From a virus (taxonomy: Duplodnaviria; Caudoviricetes): DNA of 64,000 bases. Positions 49,803-60,260 of the stretch are shown piece by piece. The stretch's first letter is position 1. Each line of letters begins with the position of its first letter. The notes below the pieces were generated by a model. It did no database searches and was not told the origin of the DNA. It saw nothing but the letters and a program-made list of their open reading frames with translations. The translations under genes and the position numbers were made by a program. The stretch lies in the IMG/VR virus record IMGVR_UViG_2859564202_000001; one strand, given 5' to 3'.

Positions 49803-52082
49803 TTAATCGCGTGGTGCGAGCTGGAAGCCGACGAACGAATTACCGTTGTACTCGCCGCGCTGCAGCGATCCCCGAGCGGTGTACGGCTTCTTGGCCTTCG
49901 ACATGGCATCAAAAGCAATCTCGCGGCCCTCAAGCAGATCGGCGATCTCCTTGTCGGTGAACTTGTGACCACCCCATACGCGCTTGAAGCGAATCTTTTC
50001 ACCCTCAACCTTCCACACACCCACCGCGTACACAGCTGGGTCTGCAGAGGCAATGCGATCAACCTGCCCCTTAAACCCAAAGAACTTAATGGTCTTGCCG
50101 TCTTTGTTAAAGCTTTGATGCGCCAGCTTGCCGGTGACTGTCGTGATCTGTCCACCAATCATGGCATCGGTAATGGTGAGCTCCTCACCGCGCAGCAACG
50201 CCTCGCATTCTGCATCGCTAAATTCATGCCCGCAGTAGACCTTCTTAAAGCTCACCTGCTCACCGTTCCAGGTGCCGGAGTGCTTGACAGAAGGGGTAAA
50301 AGTAGTAGTCATGAGTTTCTTTCCTAGTTCTTGGGGGATGTTTTTTGCGTTACGGGTCATGGTCGCAATATCTTCTTCGACCCACTGTTTAACTGGTTCC
50401 AGTGCCTGCTCTGCAGTCTTTTCACCAGCAGCAACCGCTGCCATATCGGCATAAACGCGCTCGGTAAGTTTGAGGTCGCCAATGTGGGTGCCAGGAAGCA
50501 GCAGATAATTCAGTTGCCCTGCGTCAGTCATAGTGACTTTGCCACGCGTTTCTTTGAGCAATGCTGACTTGCCGGCTGTGACCTCGGCATAGGTGCTCGT
50601 TCGTGTCGCACCGGTACCGACATCATGCTTATCGAGCTGTTTCATCAACCACGTCATTGACGGATGCGGTGGTCGCTGCGGAAAACCCTCAAACACTTCT
50701 GGCTCAGCACGAGTACCAATCCCCTGCTGTGCTGCATCACTGCCGGCAGCATCATCATCAGCCTCAGCGTCTACGTCGAAAATACCTTTCCAACCCAAGG
50801 ACTTTGGCACATTTGCTGTACCGAGAAACGCTGGGTAATCCACGACGCGGCCTTTTTGGTGCTCATAGAGGTAATCCTCTGCCAGCATCGTGAGATAGCT
50901 CTTAGCGAGCACTTCATAAATGCGCTGTCCGAGCACACCGTAGGTGGTTTTCACCGCTGCAATACTGGTCGGCACATTCAAACCCGGACGGTTGGCGCCG
51001 TGTGCACCCTTGGGCTTAACATGCGTGGACCGTGGCTGTCGGTGCGTAAGGTCAGCCGGGTTCACACCAACCAGGCCGGCGATCTTATCGACCAACGGCG
51101 CTAGTTCCTTAAACTGCTCAGGGGTAATCGTCTTATCCTCGGTACGCGGATAAGACACGACCTGCGCCTCGTACATCTGCTGATAAGTCTTAAGCACGTT
51201 CTTTGCGCTAAAGCCCTCTTTAGACAGCAGGGCCGACAGGCTCGCCAGGTCAAGTAGACGTGGTGGCGCGGTCTTTTTCATGCTCTTCTCATAGCATTCG
51301 ACCGCACTAGCCTTATAAAGCTGTGGTACCTCGTCGCAAGTCTTATAACGCGGTTCCTCGGGGTTGACGTAACTTACACCGTGATCATCAATGAAGCGGT
51401 TTTGATAAAAAGGAATCTTTTTATAATCGTTGTACGCATCTAAGCCCTGCCCCACAATCGCAACCATGGCAGATTTCAGGCGACCATTGCGCAACACTGC
51501 ACGCCGACCAGTGGTCTCTAGCACTTTGGTGGCACCGCGAGTCCACTGCATCGACAGCAAATCAAAGCGTGATCGGAATTCCGCCTTAAGATAATTGGGC
51601 TCGTCATGCATGGAGGTCACATCGCGGCGGTTGATAAACGCCTGCTGAATCGAGGCCGGCGCCTCATCAACAAATTCCATACGCTGAATCTTCTTGGTGT
51701 CTAACCCCAGCTCAGCGATAATCTCCCACGCCAACAGATCACCTTCGCCCGTGGGATCAATATCTGATCCGATCACAATGGTGGTGCAGCTGCTCAAGGT
51801 TTTCTTAATGCGTGCAATCGTGTTAGCTGCACCGTGCTTTTGCTCGCGTGACCACAAAAACTGCGTCTCATCCCACGGCAGCTTAGCCAGATCCCAGTAG
51901 CCGCCGATCTTATCGGCATAGCTTGGTGGCACCATCTCTTCTGGCTCGACAAATTCATAAAGGTGCCCGCTGGCTGCAGCAATAACGTACTTCTCGCCGT
52001 TATAAGTGCCAGAGGGTCCACCGAGGGCTTTCGCAAAGTTTTTCGCAGCCGAAGCTTTCTCCGTCAAAATTCCAATTGTCAA
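49803..52082 (-). CDS. Type IA DNA topoisomerase (TopB/TraE-like) with C-terminal repeats
   Basis: TEK, GHL, DIDPTGEG, SYPRTE (catalytic Tyr), AHGANRP, GTGATR. Two C-terminal G.W...FK....GH.F.D.E...LL.G repeats. Confidence 0.93.
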   Translation of the reverse strand: MTIGILTEKASAAKNFAKALGGPSGTYNGEKYVIAAASGHLYEFVEPEEMVPPSYADKIGGYWDLAKLPWDETQFLWSREQKHGAANTIARIKKTLSSCTTIVIGSDIDPTGEGDLLAWEIIAELGLDTKKIQRMEFVDEAPASIQQAFINRRDVTSMHDEPNYLKAEFRSRFDLLSMQWTRGATKVLETTGRRAVLRNGRLKSAMVAIVGQGLDAYNDYKKIPFYQNRFIDDHGVSYVNPEEPRYKTCDEVPQLYKASAVECYEKSMKKTAPPRLLDLASLSALLSKEGFSAKNVLKTYQQMYEAQVVSYPRTEDKTITPEQFKELAPLVDKIAGLVGVNPADLTHRQPRSTHVKPKGAHGANRPGLNVPTSIAAVKTTYGVLGQRIYEVLAKSYLTMLAEDYLYEHQKGRVVDYPAFLGTANVPKSLGWKGIFDVDAEADDDAAGSDAAQQGIGTRAEPEVFEGFPQRPPHPSMTWLMKQLDKHDVGTGATRTSTYAEVTAGKSALLKETRGKVTMTDAGQLNYLLLPGTHIGDLKLTERVYADMAAVAAGEKTAEQALEPVKQWVEEDIATMTRNAKNIPQELGKKLMTTTFTPSVKHSGTWNGEQVSFKKVYCGHEFSDAECEALLRGEELTITDAMIGGQITTVTGKLAHQSFNKDGKTIKFFGFKGQVDRIASADPAVYAVGVWKVEGEKIRFKRVWGGHKFTDKEIADLLEGREIAFDAMSKAKKPYTARGSLQRGEYNGNSFVGFQLAPRD

Positions 52083-52340
52083 AGTATTAACCTTTCTTAC
52101 TTTTTTAATACTTTAACACGGTCAAGAAACTAATTGAATTAGTTATTTGAGTTATTCAACCGACCCAGCAATGCGGGTCGCACAGCCAACTCACCACATG
52201 AGTCACCACGACCGAAGATTCTGCTGTCGCAGAACGGACTTATTTATAGGATTTACACATAACTAGCACCTCTGCCAGTGCCCACAGGGTGAAACCTCAC
52301 TCCCACACAGTGAGATAAACACTGAAAAACTGAACAAACG

Positions 52341-52949
52341 TGAATTTAATTCGAGCGTAAAGTTACGTATCGTTACACTCCGCTACACAGCGTTACAGCA
52401 CCAAAGATGCACGTCAAAGAGCCTTTTATTATATTAAAGTGAATTATTAAAATAATATAAGCGTTACATCAAAGTTACATAAAAAACACGTTGTGACCTG
52501 CATGAATGCAAAAGTGTAACGTTGTAACGATACTTTGCATGTTTTACGTATACGCGAGGGGTCGTAATAATCCTTTATGGCCTTTACCTATCATCACGAC
52601 TGTGCAGAGCCGTAGCGTTCACATGCTCGCTGATATGGCTGCAGGTAGTAAAACGACATAGCATCACGCTCATATGTGCCTTTAGGTACTTATGTGTCCT
52701 ATTTCACGTTTATGAGTTTTTACTTTTACTCTTCCGTCTATATTAAAGTTGCAAAAGTATCGTTACAACGTTACAAACCACAACATTAAGTTTATAGTTG
52801 CTGGTTAAACGGTACTTTTGGGTGTAACTTTAGCTTTTTCGTATCGTTACACCGTAGCGCTACAAAACTACCGTTACAGCAGCTCAGAGCATGTTTTTGG
52901 GGTGTAACGATACGTAACGTTTGTAACGTTACGTTCATAATTAAATTCA
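52341..52949. repeat. Quasi-palindromic array of GTTAC/GTAAC repeats, candidate origin
   Basis: Nested perfect IRs of 11, 17, 9 and 22 bp, all centred near 52640-52650. About 16 GTTAC copies. Confidence 0.85.
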
Positions 52950-53459
52950 TATATGTGACTGTTATGCGTACTTCCGTTCTATTTCAATAGCCAAGTAGTT
53001 ACTGTGTTGATAATTAAAAACTTATGGGAATTTTTAGTTTCTGCACAGCGTCACTTTTTCCGGTATGTTGGAAATCGTTGAAACTGTAGTCATACCGCTG
53101 TTATGAGAATGTCAAGAGTGCAATAACGGCCCCAGGGCATACACCAACCACTCCCCTACATCGTGCACAGCAGTATATTCTTGTGCGCTCAGAGGCAGCC
53201 TGCGACGCTTTTTTATGCCTCTGTGCTTGTTTAAGCGCCTCAACAATTGTGCACGAACACAAACCAGCACAGCACCACTCAAGCCGTTAAACAAGCGCGA
53301 AAATGCAGCAACACCCTCTTTATTTAGGCATGCAAAAAGCAGCTCGCTCCGGGGTACGAACACCCTCGAAACAAGCTGCTTTAATTCTTAGCGCTAATTA
53401 CTCAGCGCCACCATCACGGCAGTGGCAACGACCACCACTACCCCACACATCAACACCAT

Positions 53460-55547
53460 TTAGCGCGCACCTCCACCAGTGCTCGGCAGATCAAAGTTAC
53501 CGACCCGGTAATCCTGCTTGGAGACACACAACACCACAGCATTAAGAAAACGCTTCGGGTCAGGAACACGCACCTGCCACGCCTCATCTGTCCGGGTGTT
53601 CCACAAAATACCGTCCTTCATCCCAGACATGACCAAATACATTGCGAGCTGCAAAAACATCGGATGTGTCAACTCAGAGACGAATTTCAATTCATAAAGC
53701 ACACCCTTGTGCACCGCATCTGCGACACCTGCAAAAGACATTGGCGTGCGCACTACTTTGCTCTGTACTGCCTCGCCGTCAAGGATCAGTGGAATCTGAT
53801 TACGTGAATCAGCATTCAGCCTCGTACTCAGCCGTGAGACCAATGCCTTCTCCGCAGCAACCGGGATAGAGCTGCGCACCTGATCGACATACCGCATCTG
53901 CTCTGTGGACGCTGCTGTGACAATAAGGCAGTTACGCCATACGCTATTGTTTTTCTTCACCAAACGTTTAAGATTTTTCGCGAACTGACTCGGGTACGCC
54001 GATAGTGCTGTATGAACGTTGTAGTCCTTGAAGAACACTGCTTCCTGAAAGTTTCCCACTGTGGGTGAGAGATCAATAAGCCCGTCACTGCGATTGACCT
54101 CAATGGCTGCACCCTTGCCGTTGTCGAGACGCTTGACATCAAGCAGGTCAAAACATGCTTCGACATTCTCTGCGTACTTAAAATCAAAGGCTTCAGTCAC
54201 AGAGATCGGTCGCGCATATTCGCTCGGCGCCAACTCAGGTAGTTCTTTAAACACTGAAACAGGGATAAAACCCATCATGCGCTCAATCTGTGACTGAACC
54301 TCACCCACATCACCCTTACTTTCTTCTGCCGGCGTATGGGCATCTACCTCAGGTGCAACCTCAGTATTGTTGTCCACCACACCCACAGCGAGCCCTGCAG
54401 CCCAGTCCGCACCAGCCTCATACGCTGCTTGAAGAGAATCGCTACGTACAAAAACAACCTTGTTTTTACCGCGTGATGCTGCCACCAAAAACACATTGCG
54501 CATGACCACTGGATCAACATTGGGGTAACCAAGACGCATGTCCCAGAATTCTTCGTCATAGTCAAAGACCACGCAGGTATCGCGCTCTAGACCTTTACTG
54601 GAATCAAAGGTGGTAAACACCGCAGCGTCATTAGGGTGTGCAATCTGGGAATCACCATCGCGAATAGAGGCGAACACAGTTTTCTTATTGAACTTTGCCG
54701 GCGACTTCCTCTCCACGACATTAAGCGCATCTGACATCTGCCCATTGCGGCTACCCAAACACAACAGTTTGCTCGGCTCGGTGCTTTGGATCAACACCAC
54801 TGCCTCAGCGAAAGACCTATATTCAATCTGCTGTGCGGTATTGGCACCCACAATCGGTTTATTCCAGGCATCAGCCAAACCCGCTGCCATAGCCTCGCCA
54901 ATTCGAAACGACTGTGTAAACGGCGCGAAGACTGGATCTTCACACAATTGTGCTGCAAATTCTTGTGGATCTAACGTGGTGTCAGACCGGACTTTTTGTT
55001 CCAAATCACCCACCATGACAATCTGCATAAGCGGATTCACAGACTTAATGTTGCGCAGCAGTTCTGCATAGTCCTCATTGATGTCCTGGTACTCATCAAT
55101 AACCAGCAGGTCGTAACTGGGGAACGTGCGAGAAATGTGTTTGAAGTTCTTGTTAAACTCCCGAATCGACTCGCTAATACCACACTTGATGCCGGCCTTG
55201 AGTAGATGCGGATAGACAATGCCGTGATAGTTCTGCACCTTGGCGCCACGAACGCGCTGCTGTGCATCGACCTTCAACAACTTCGAATACGTCAAATACA
55301 GCACGTCATGGTCTGCACCCATGATCGAACACAGTCGTTGAATAGCGGTAGTTTTGCCCGAGCCTACGGTGGCATCAACAATGACATCTTTGCCAGCAAG
55401 TACATAATCAATCATGGCTTGCTGTTCGCTACTGAGTTGAACTTCTCCAGCACGTGGTCCCAGCTGTGGCTGCGGTGCCACCTGCGTGCTGGTGTTGTAC
55501 GCAGCGAGCATTGCTGCTGGATTACCCAACGACATCATATTTATCAT
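53460..55547 (-). CDS. SF1 (UvrD-like) helicase fused to C-terminal PD-(D/E)XK nuclease
   Basis: GSGKT, DEYQD, VGDLEQ, QSFR, SKGLE, VAASR, then GVAD...YELK...QLAMY. Confidence 0.85.
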   Translation of the reverse strand: MINMMSLGNPAAMLAAYNTSTQVAPQPQLGPRAGEVQLSSEQQAMIDYVLAGKDVIVDATVGSGKTTAIQRLCSIMGADHDVLYLTYSKLLKVDAQQRVRGAKVQNYHGIVYPHLLKAGIKCGISESIREFNKNFKHISRTFPSYDLLVIDEYQDINEDYAELLRNIKSVNPLMQIVMVGDLEQKVRSDTTLDPQEFAAQLCEDPVFAPFTQSFRIGEAMAAGLADAWNKPIVGANTAQQIEYRSFAEAVVLIQSTEPSKLLCLGSRNGQMSDALNVVERKSPAKFNKKTVFASIRDGDSQIAHPNDAAVFTTFDSSKGLERDTCVVFDYDEEFWDMRLGYPNVDPVVMRNVFLVAASRGKNKVVFVRSDSLQAAYEAGADWAAGLAVGVVDNNTEVAPEVDAHTPAEESKGDVGEVQSQIERMMGFIPVSVFKELPELAPSEYARPISVTEAFDFKYAENVEACFDLLDVKRLDNGKGAAIEVNRSDGLIDLSPTVGNFQEAVFFKDYNVHTALSAYPSQFAKNLKRLVKKNNSVWRNCLIVTAASTEQMRYVDQVRSSIPVAAEKALVSRLSTRLNADSRNQIPLILDGEAVQSKVVRTPMSFAGVADAVHKGVLYELKFVSELTHPMFLQLAMYLVMSGMKDGILWNTRTDEAWQVRVPDPKRFLNAVVLCVSKQDYRVGNFDLPSTGGGAR

Positions 55548-55630
55548 AAACTTTCTCCGTAAGTTAATAAAATATTAATTAGAGAAAATTCTAACAATTA
55601 TATTACAATTACCCCACACACTTAGACACA

Positions 55631-55673
55631 GCAAAACCCTTCCCGGAAGAAAACTTCCCGAGAAGGGTTTTGC
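55631..55673. terminator. Probable terminator
   Basis: GCAAAACCCTTC...GAAGGGTTTTGC inverted repeat. Confidence 0.6.
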
Positions 55674-55706
55674 ACTCAACCAATCTGCGAAAGACCAGTG
55701 GCTTTA

Positions 55707-56600
55707 CTATGGTTGATAGCGATTAGCAACAAATAGCACTTCGCCCCACTTGGTCGAAATATTCTGATAGTCATCGTAATGCTTTCGCTCGAGTGTGGAC
55801 CCATCAGGAAACACAGTCTCATAATCTACAACTGCGTCGGACAGATCTATGGCATTATCTGAGCCGTGTAAATCTGCTCCTTTCAGACTGCACGCATAAA
55901 AACTAGCGCCAGTGGCTTTATTGAACACACACCGACTTGCTTGCAAATCGACATTCCCAAAGAATGCATTAGTGATGTCCGCAGAAATCTCCGCACAACT
56001 CATTACCGCTTCACGAAATCGACTATGCGATAAATCGCCCGAAATTACGGTATCGCCCAACTGAGCGCCAATAAAGTTGCAGTAGGAAAGATCGCAATTC
56101 GTTAATCGTGCATAATGCCACGAACACTCACTAAAATTAGCACCCGAAAAACAGCATTCCGACACACTCACCGAATCTGTTTCTAAGGCATATAGCCGAA
56201 GACTGACCTCAACTTCAAACGACGGGGTTTTGTCCAAAGGAGCATGGAAAACATGTGTTGATGGTACCGCCTGTGCCTCAAACCTTTCGGGGGATTCATC
56301 AGACGCGCGCCCTAACCTCCGCCCCAGTTGCTCAAATATTTGCCGTCCTACAGTAATCTCAGACCAACCGTATTTCCGTGGAAAATCTGATTCGACAAAC
56401 ATATGCGTAACAACAATGTCACACAGTGACTGAACGATACTCGCTCCATAAGTTGTACCCGTTGCTGCAGCGCGATCCATGGATCTAAACGCATGTTGAA
56501 CTGTGGCAGAGCGGATCGCGCTGTTAACGCTACTTAAACCCGCAATCAAGGGAGCAAAAATATCGCCTTCAAGAAGGAAAGCTTCATCAGTCTTGTTCAT
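55707..56600 (-). CDS. Pentapeptide-repeat protein
   Basis: A[N/D]F/L pentapeptide runs (CCFSG ANFSE CSWHY ARLTN CDLSY). Confidence 0.85.
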   Translation of the reverse strand: MNKTDEAFLLEGDIFAPLIAGLSSVNSAIRSATVQHAFRSMDRAAATGTTYGASIVQSLCDIVVTHMFVESDFPRKYGWSEITVGRQIFEQLGRRLGRASDESPERFEAQAVPSTHVFHAPLDKTPSFEVEVSLRLYALETDSVSVSECCFSGANFSECSWHYARLTNCDLSYCNFIGAQLGDTVISGDLSHSRFREAVMSCAEISADITNAFFGNVDLQASRCVFNKATGASFYACSLKGADLHGSDNAIDLSDAVVDYETVFPDGSTLERKHYDDYQNISTKWGEVLFVANRYQP

Positions 56601-57021
56601 CCCAGTCCATGCCTTTCTTCTGGTTCATGTGGGGAAGTGCTTTCCTCATACCTGCTTTCTAAAAGCCCTCAAGCTTCAAGCCTTAAGCCCTAAGAAAGAA
56701 CTATTCTCAGGAGCTTTCCGTGTACTAACTCGCGTTGTTCATACCGCAGGAGCTTTCACAACAATACCGTGCCCAAAAACGCTAAAGTGTGTGACCAAAA
56801 TTTTTGGAGTTCCTGCACTAAACGCTCATGTGCATGCAGTGAGACGTGATCGCCAATGAAATCTGGGCTGCGCTCAGCGCGTTGTTTCCTGCTATATAAA
56901 CCTCAGATAGCCCACCGGCAGAACAGACCTAGGTTTACTAACGATGTCAGCAGTTCTTGCAGAAAACTTCCGGGGTCACAACATCGTCGCCACCCTACAC
57001 TGGGGTGAGCACGACGTGATC

Positions 57022-57456
57022 TCAATACTCCTCGAATGCACTCGATTGTGCTCGCTGCATGGCCCTGGCCTGCGAATTGAGCCCTTCGCACCAGGAGGGG
57101 TAAACACGAAATCCACGTTTACCCGGCTGTCCGTCTGCTGCGGTAATCCCCAATTCTGCAAGATGACCAGCGGAAAACCTAAACACTCCGCGCCGAACAT
57201 CGTTCCTCACAAAGACAAGAAGACCAGCATTCATCCCGTCGTCACTAAACGGCTGGGTCTGCCCTCCCACGCCTCGCTGCCAAAAGGCAACAAAGGCACC
57301 CGGCTTCGACGGCGTGTTCCGGCCAGTCCGGACATGCCACTCATGACCTTCAACCTGTGCTAATCCTGATTCATAATCACTGTTCTGTGGCTCAGGGGCG
57401 ACCGAAACAGTTATGCCCAGCTCGGTCGACCACATCTCCAACGCGCTAAATCCCAT
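57022..57456 (-). CDS. MepB-family protein
   Basis: RTGRNTPSKPGAFVAFW...GKRGFRVYPSW signature. Confidence 0.85.
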   Translation of the reverse strand: MGFSALEMWSTELGITVSVAPEPQNSDYESGLAQVEGHEWHVRTGRNTPSKPGAFVAFWQRGVGGQTQPFSDDGMNAGLLVFVRNDVRRGVFRFSAGHLAELGITAADGQPGKRGFRVYPSWCEGLNSQARAMQRAQSSAFEEY

Positions 57457-57627
57457 GAGCTCAACTTATCAACTTCAGCCGCAGGAAGCCTACTGCCTCC
57501 TCTCGCCTCCTTCCGCAATACTCCCTAGATCTTGTTTAACCGTCAGGAGTTGGAGGGTATATCCGGCTACTGAACGACAACACTTTTAAACGACGGCGCT
57601 TGCGACTATTACCTTTGACCCGGCGCA

Positions 57628-58374
57628 CTAATCAATTTTGAAAACGCGCACCATTAGGTAATCTCTCGATAAATAGTGTTTGGCCAGTAACAGACTCAAA
57701 AGCTTCTGCAAACTTGTTAAATCGTCAAAACAGCCGTTGACAAAGCTCTCCCACCACCGCAACTCTGCATCATGACTCCAATAAAATTCCTCAACCGGCA
57801 TTTGATAGGCATAACGTTCAGCTGTAGAAGGCCCCAGCATCATCCAACTCGTCGCTAATGCTGACTCCCACAATTCAAGATCTGTCTTTTCGAAAACCGA
57901 GCTAATAGGACTAGGCGAACCAGGACTCAGTGCACAATATCCCACAAGCTCACAACGTCCAGCCGACTGCGCCCACTCCTGATCAGGATCAACAATCAGC
58001 GCACGCCCAACCTTGACATCAATTCCGGTGTGCTGCACAAAGAACTCTAACCATTCCTGTAACTCAGATACAGTGAGCACATCCGGTAGATCAGCTACTA
58101 AGGATCTTATATTGGACGAGAAAAGTGACCACTTTTCAGCAACGATCGCTTGAAAAAGACACTGCCGAACAGCTCCGGCTATGCGCTGATTAGTAAATAC
58201 ATTACCTGGGAATGGTAGTGAACTACCGTCCCTTTTTGTCACTCTAGAAAATGCATTCCACTTTCCCATGATGTTGATGAGTAGAAAATCTAGACTTAGC
58301 GATGGCCCGATAAAGCGAAATCCGGAAGTTTTATAGCCTCTAGTGTAGATGCACAGTTGATGGGGTTCTGTCAT
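57628..58374 (-). CDS. Hypothetical protein translationally coupled to LGFP gene (immunity candidate)
   Basis: ATGA overlap with the upstream stop. Confidence 0.65.
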   Translation of the reverse strand: MTEPHQLCIYTRGYKTSGFRFIGPSLSLDFLLINIMGKWNAFSRVTKRDGSSLPFPGNVFTNQRIAGAVRQCLFQAIVAEKWSLFSSNIRSLVADLPDVLTVSELQEWLEFFVQHTGIDVKVGRALIVDPDQEWAQSAGRCELVGYCALSPGSPSPISSVFEKTDLELWESALATSWMMLGPSTAERYAYQMPVEEFYWSHDAELRWWESFVNGCFDDLTSLQKLLSLLLAKHYLSRDYLMVRVFKID

Positions 58375-60260
58375 ATGCGAAGCTTATTATAAAGATTCAC
58401 ATGATCAGGACATTGGGAAATTTCAGGCTCGTGTTCGATTCCACCAGGTGGGGTTGAATTACACCATGCTGAAATTACCCCCTTGGGTCTGTTCGAATTT
58501 GCTCCAGTGAAAGTATGAGGATTGTAAATAATAGTCACCCATTGCGGAGCGTGCATTTCTTTACATCCTGAGTTCTTATTGAATGTATAAGTTCTGCAAT
58601 CTAGAAAGTACACCGTTTTCTCGAACTTGTAATAGCTGGTTCCTGGCGATGAGCCATAATCAATCACCGCTTTATCTACTACGGCCTCAGCCATAGCGTG
58701 GTTGGCGAAGTTGTGTTTGCAATAGTTTTTTAAATATCCCCAGCCTTCATTCCTGTAACGGTCATAATGCCCTTTTCTCACGACAAATCTGAACTCGGTG
58801 GGGAAACCTCGCGAACTATACTCTTTTTTGATCGGGCCACCATTCTTTTCAATGTTGTTTTCAGTTTTTCTCTGCTCATCTAAATCGGGAAGATTCTTGC
58901 AATCCACGTATTGTGCACGCTGGGAAAACAGGGTCATCTCTTGGCTCGATGAGGATGAGCCGCTACTTCCAATTGGGAGGAAATCCTCCAAACTTCTTTC
59001 TTCATCGTCAGGAATCCATGTCAGTGCATCACCTGAGCCTAAAACAACACCTCTGGTGAATTCTTGTTCGAGTGACTCATTTAATGATGTCAATGATGGT
59101 ATCGGCCACCCTAAAGGAGTATCGGTATTTTGGTATTGCAGCCACAGGGAGTAAACATCACCATACAGCTCTCTGGCGCCTAGGATTCCATTCCACGCAA
59201 TCACCCCGCGCTCCGCAAAATTCACCACATGGAATAGACCAGAAACCTCAGGTGTTTCATCTGCTTCAGGAAAACCTAAACGACCCGTCTCCCGACCCAA
59301 CGCATCCCACACCCGCTGCGTAGCCAAATACATAAACCGTGTCTGACGATCATTTCGCCACGAAATTGTTCCATTGGAGAAATTATTGTAAAAATACTCA
59401 GTACCGCTAGGTAGCTCATTAGTGATCGGGATGCCAATGGCATGATTCGAGCCGCCAAGTTCTTCGTAGCGCTGTTTAATATCGCCCCACACAGCACCGC
59501 CAGTCAATGGGTTGTAATAGTTGTCACCACCTTGAAAAGTCTGTCGCTGAGTAAGGGGATAGTTTGTATCCATCGGACCAGAGGTTGGGTACCCCAATGG
59601 CCCTGATTCCCAGTTCAAGGTCCCCCACTGCCTCAAACCGTCCAGGGTCACTGCATAAGCGCCTGTGTCTGGATGCCAATAGATGGCACCCCCAACAAAT
59701 TCACTTCTTTTGCCAACACCGTCGGGATTGGTCAACTCGTTTGACTTTGGTGGCCCAAGCCATGACAACTGACCTCCAACCTGCCGATAAGCGTCAAGAA
59801 TCCGGCCACAAACTGAGAAACCTGTTGGCCACATAGCCTCACACCCAGTTGCAGCCATCAATCGTGCGCCCTCATTAAGTCGCGCTTCCGCAACCTCCAC
59901 CTGATCAGCTTCGTCCTTGCTCACCCCCTCCGGTAACTCGATGACATCTGAGCGCATTTCCCCTGCAACGATGTCCCGCTTAGGTAGCGGAAGTTCCTCA
60001 ACATTGTCTTTACTATCGTTGACGTGCTCGTGATACTCAATGACTACTTCTGGATGTGCTGATTCGAAATCCTCAAGTTGTTCCTTAACAGTCGGAGCAT
60101 TCCTATTGGGAACATAGTCAACACCATCATCAGCAAACTGCTCATCACTGATTTCTTTTACAAGCTCAAATTGATCTTCCACTTGTGCTTGAGCTACCGG
60201 AGATGCAACCCCGATGGCCAGCAACATGACAGCAGAAACACCCACTAGTCTTCGTACCAA
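58371..60260 (-). CDS. psp1: Secreted LGFP-repeat protein with distinct C-terminal domain
   Basis: Signal peptide, LGPP/LGYP/LGFP/LGWP repeats, Ser linker, Cys-rich basic C-domain. Symbol is from memory and unverified. Confidence 0.85.
   Translation of the reverse strand: MVRRLVGVSAVMLLAIGVASPVAQAQVEDQFELVKEISDEQFADDGVDYVPNRNAPTVKEQLEDFESAHPEVVIEYHEHVNDSKDNVEELPLPKRDIVAGEMRSDVIELPEGVSKDEADQVEVAEARLNEGARLMAATGCEAMWPTGFSVCGRILDAYRQVGGQLSWLGPPKSNELTNPDGVGKRSEFVGGAIYWHPDTGAYAVTLDGLRQWGTLNWESGPLGYPTSGPMDTNYPLTQRQTFQGGDNYYNPLTGGAVWGDIKQRYEELGGSNHAIGIPITNELPSGTEYFYNNFSNGTISWRNDRQTRFMYLATQRVWDALGRETGRLGFPEADETPEVSGLFHVVNFAERGVIAWNGILGARELYGDVYSLWLQYQNTDTPLGWPIPSLTSLNESLEQEFTRGVVLGSGDALTWIPDDEERSLEDFLPIGSSGSSSSSQEMTLFSQRAQYVDCKNLPDLDEQRKTENNIEKNGGPIKKEYSSRGFPTEFRFVVRKGHYDRYRNEGWGYLKNYCKHNFANHAMAEAVVDKAVIDYGSSPGTSYYKFEKTVYFLDCRTYTFNKNSGCKEMHAPQWVTIIYNPHTFTGANSNRPKGVISAWCNSTPPGGIEHEPEISQCPDHVNLYNKLRI

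Noticed and set aside
52341-52949. CRISPR array
   Set aside because: Repeats are short, in both orientations and irregularly spaced, and no cas genes are present.
56503-57363. Plus-strand ORFs over the pentapeptide and MepB genes
   Set aside because: Antisense to recognisable genes with no motifs of their own.
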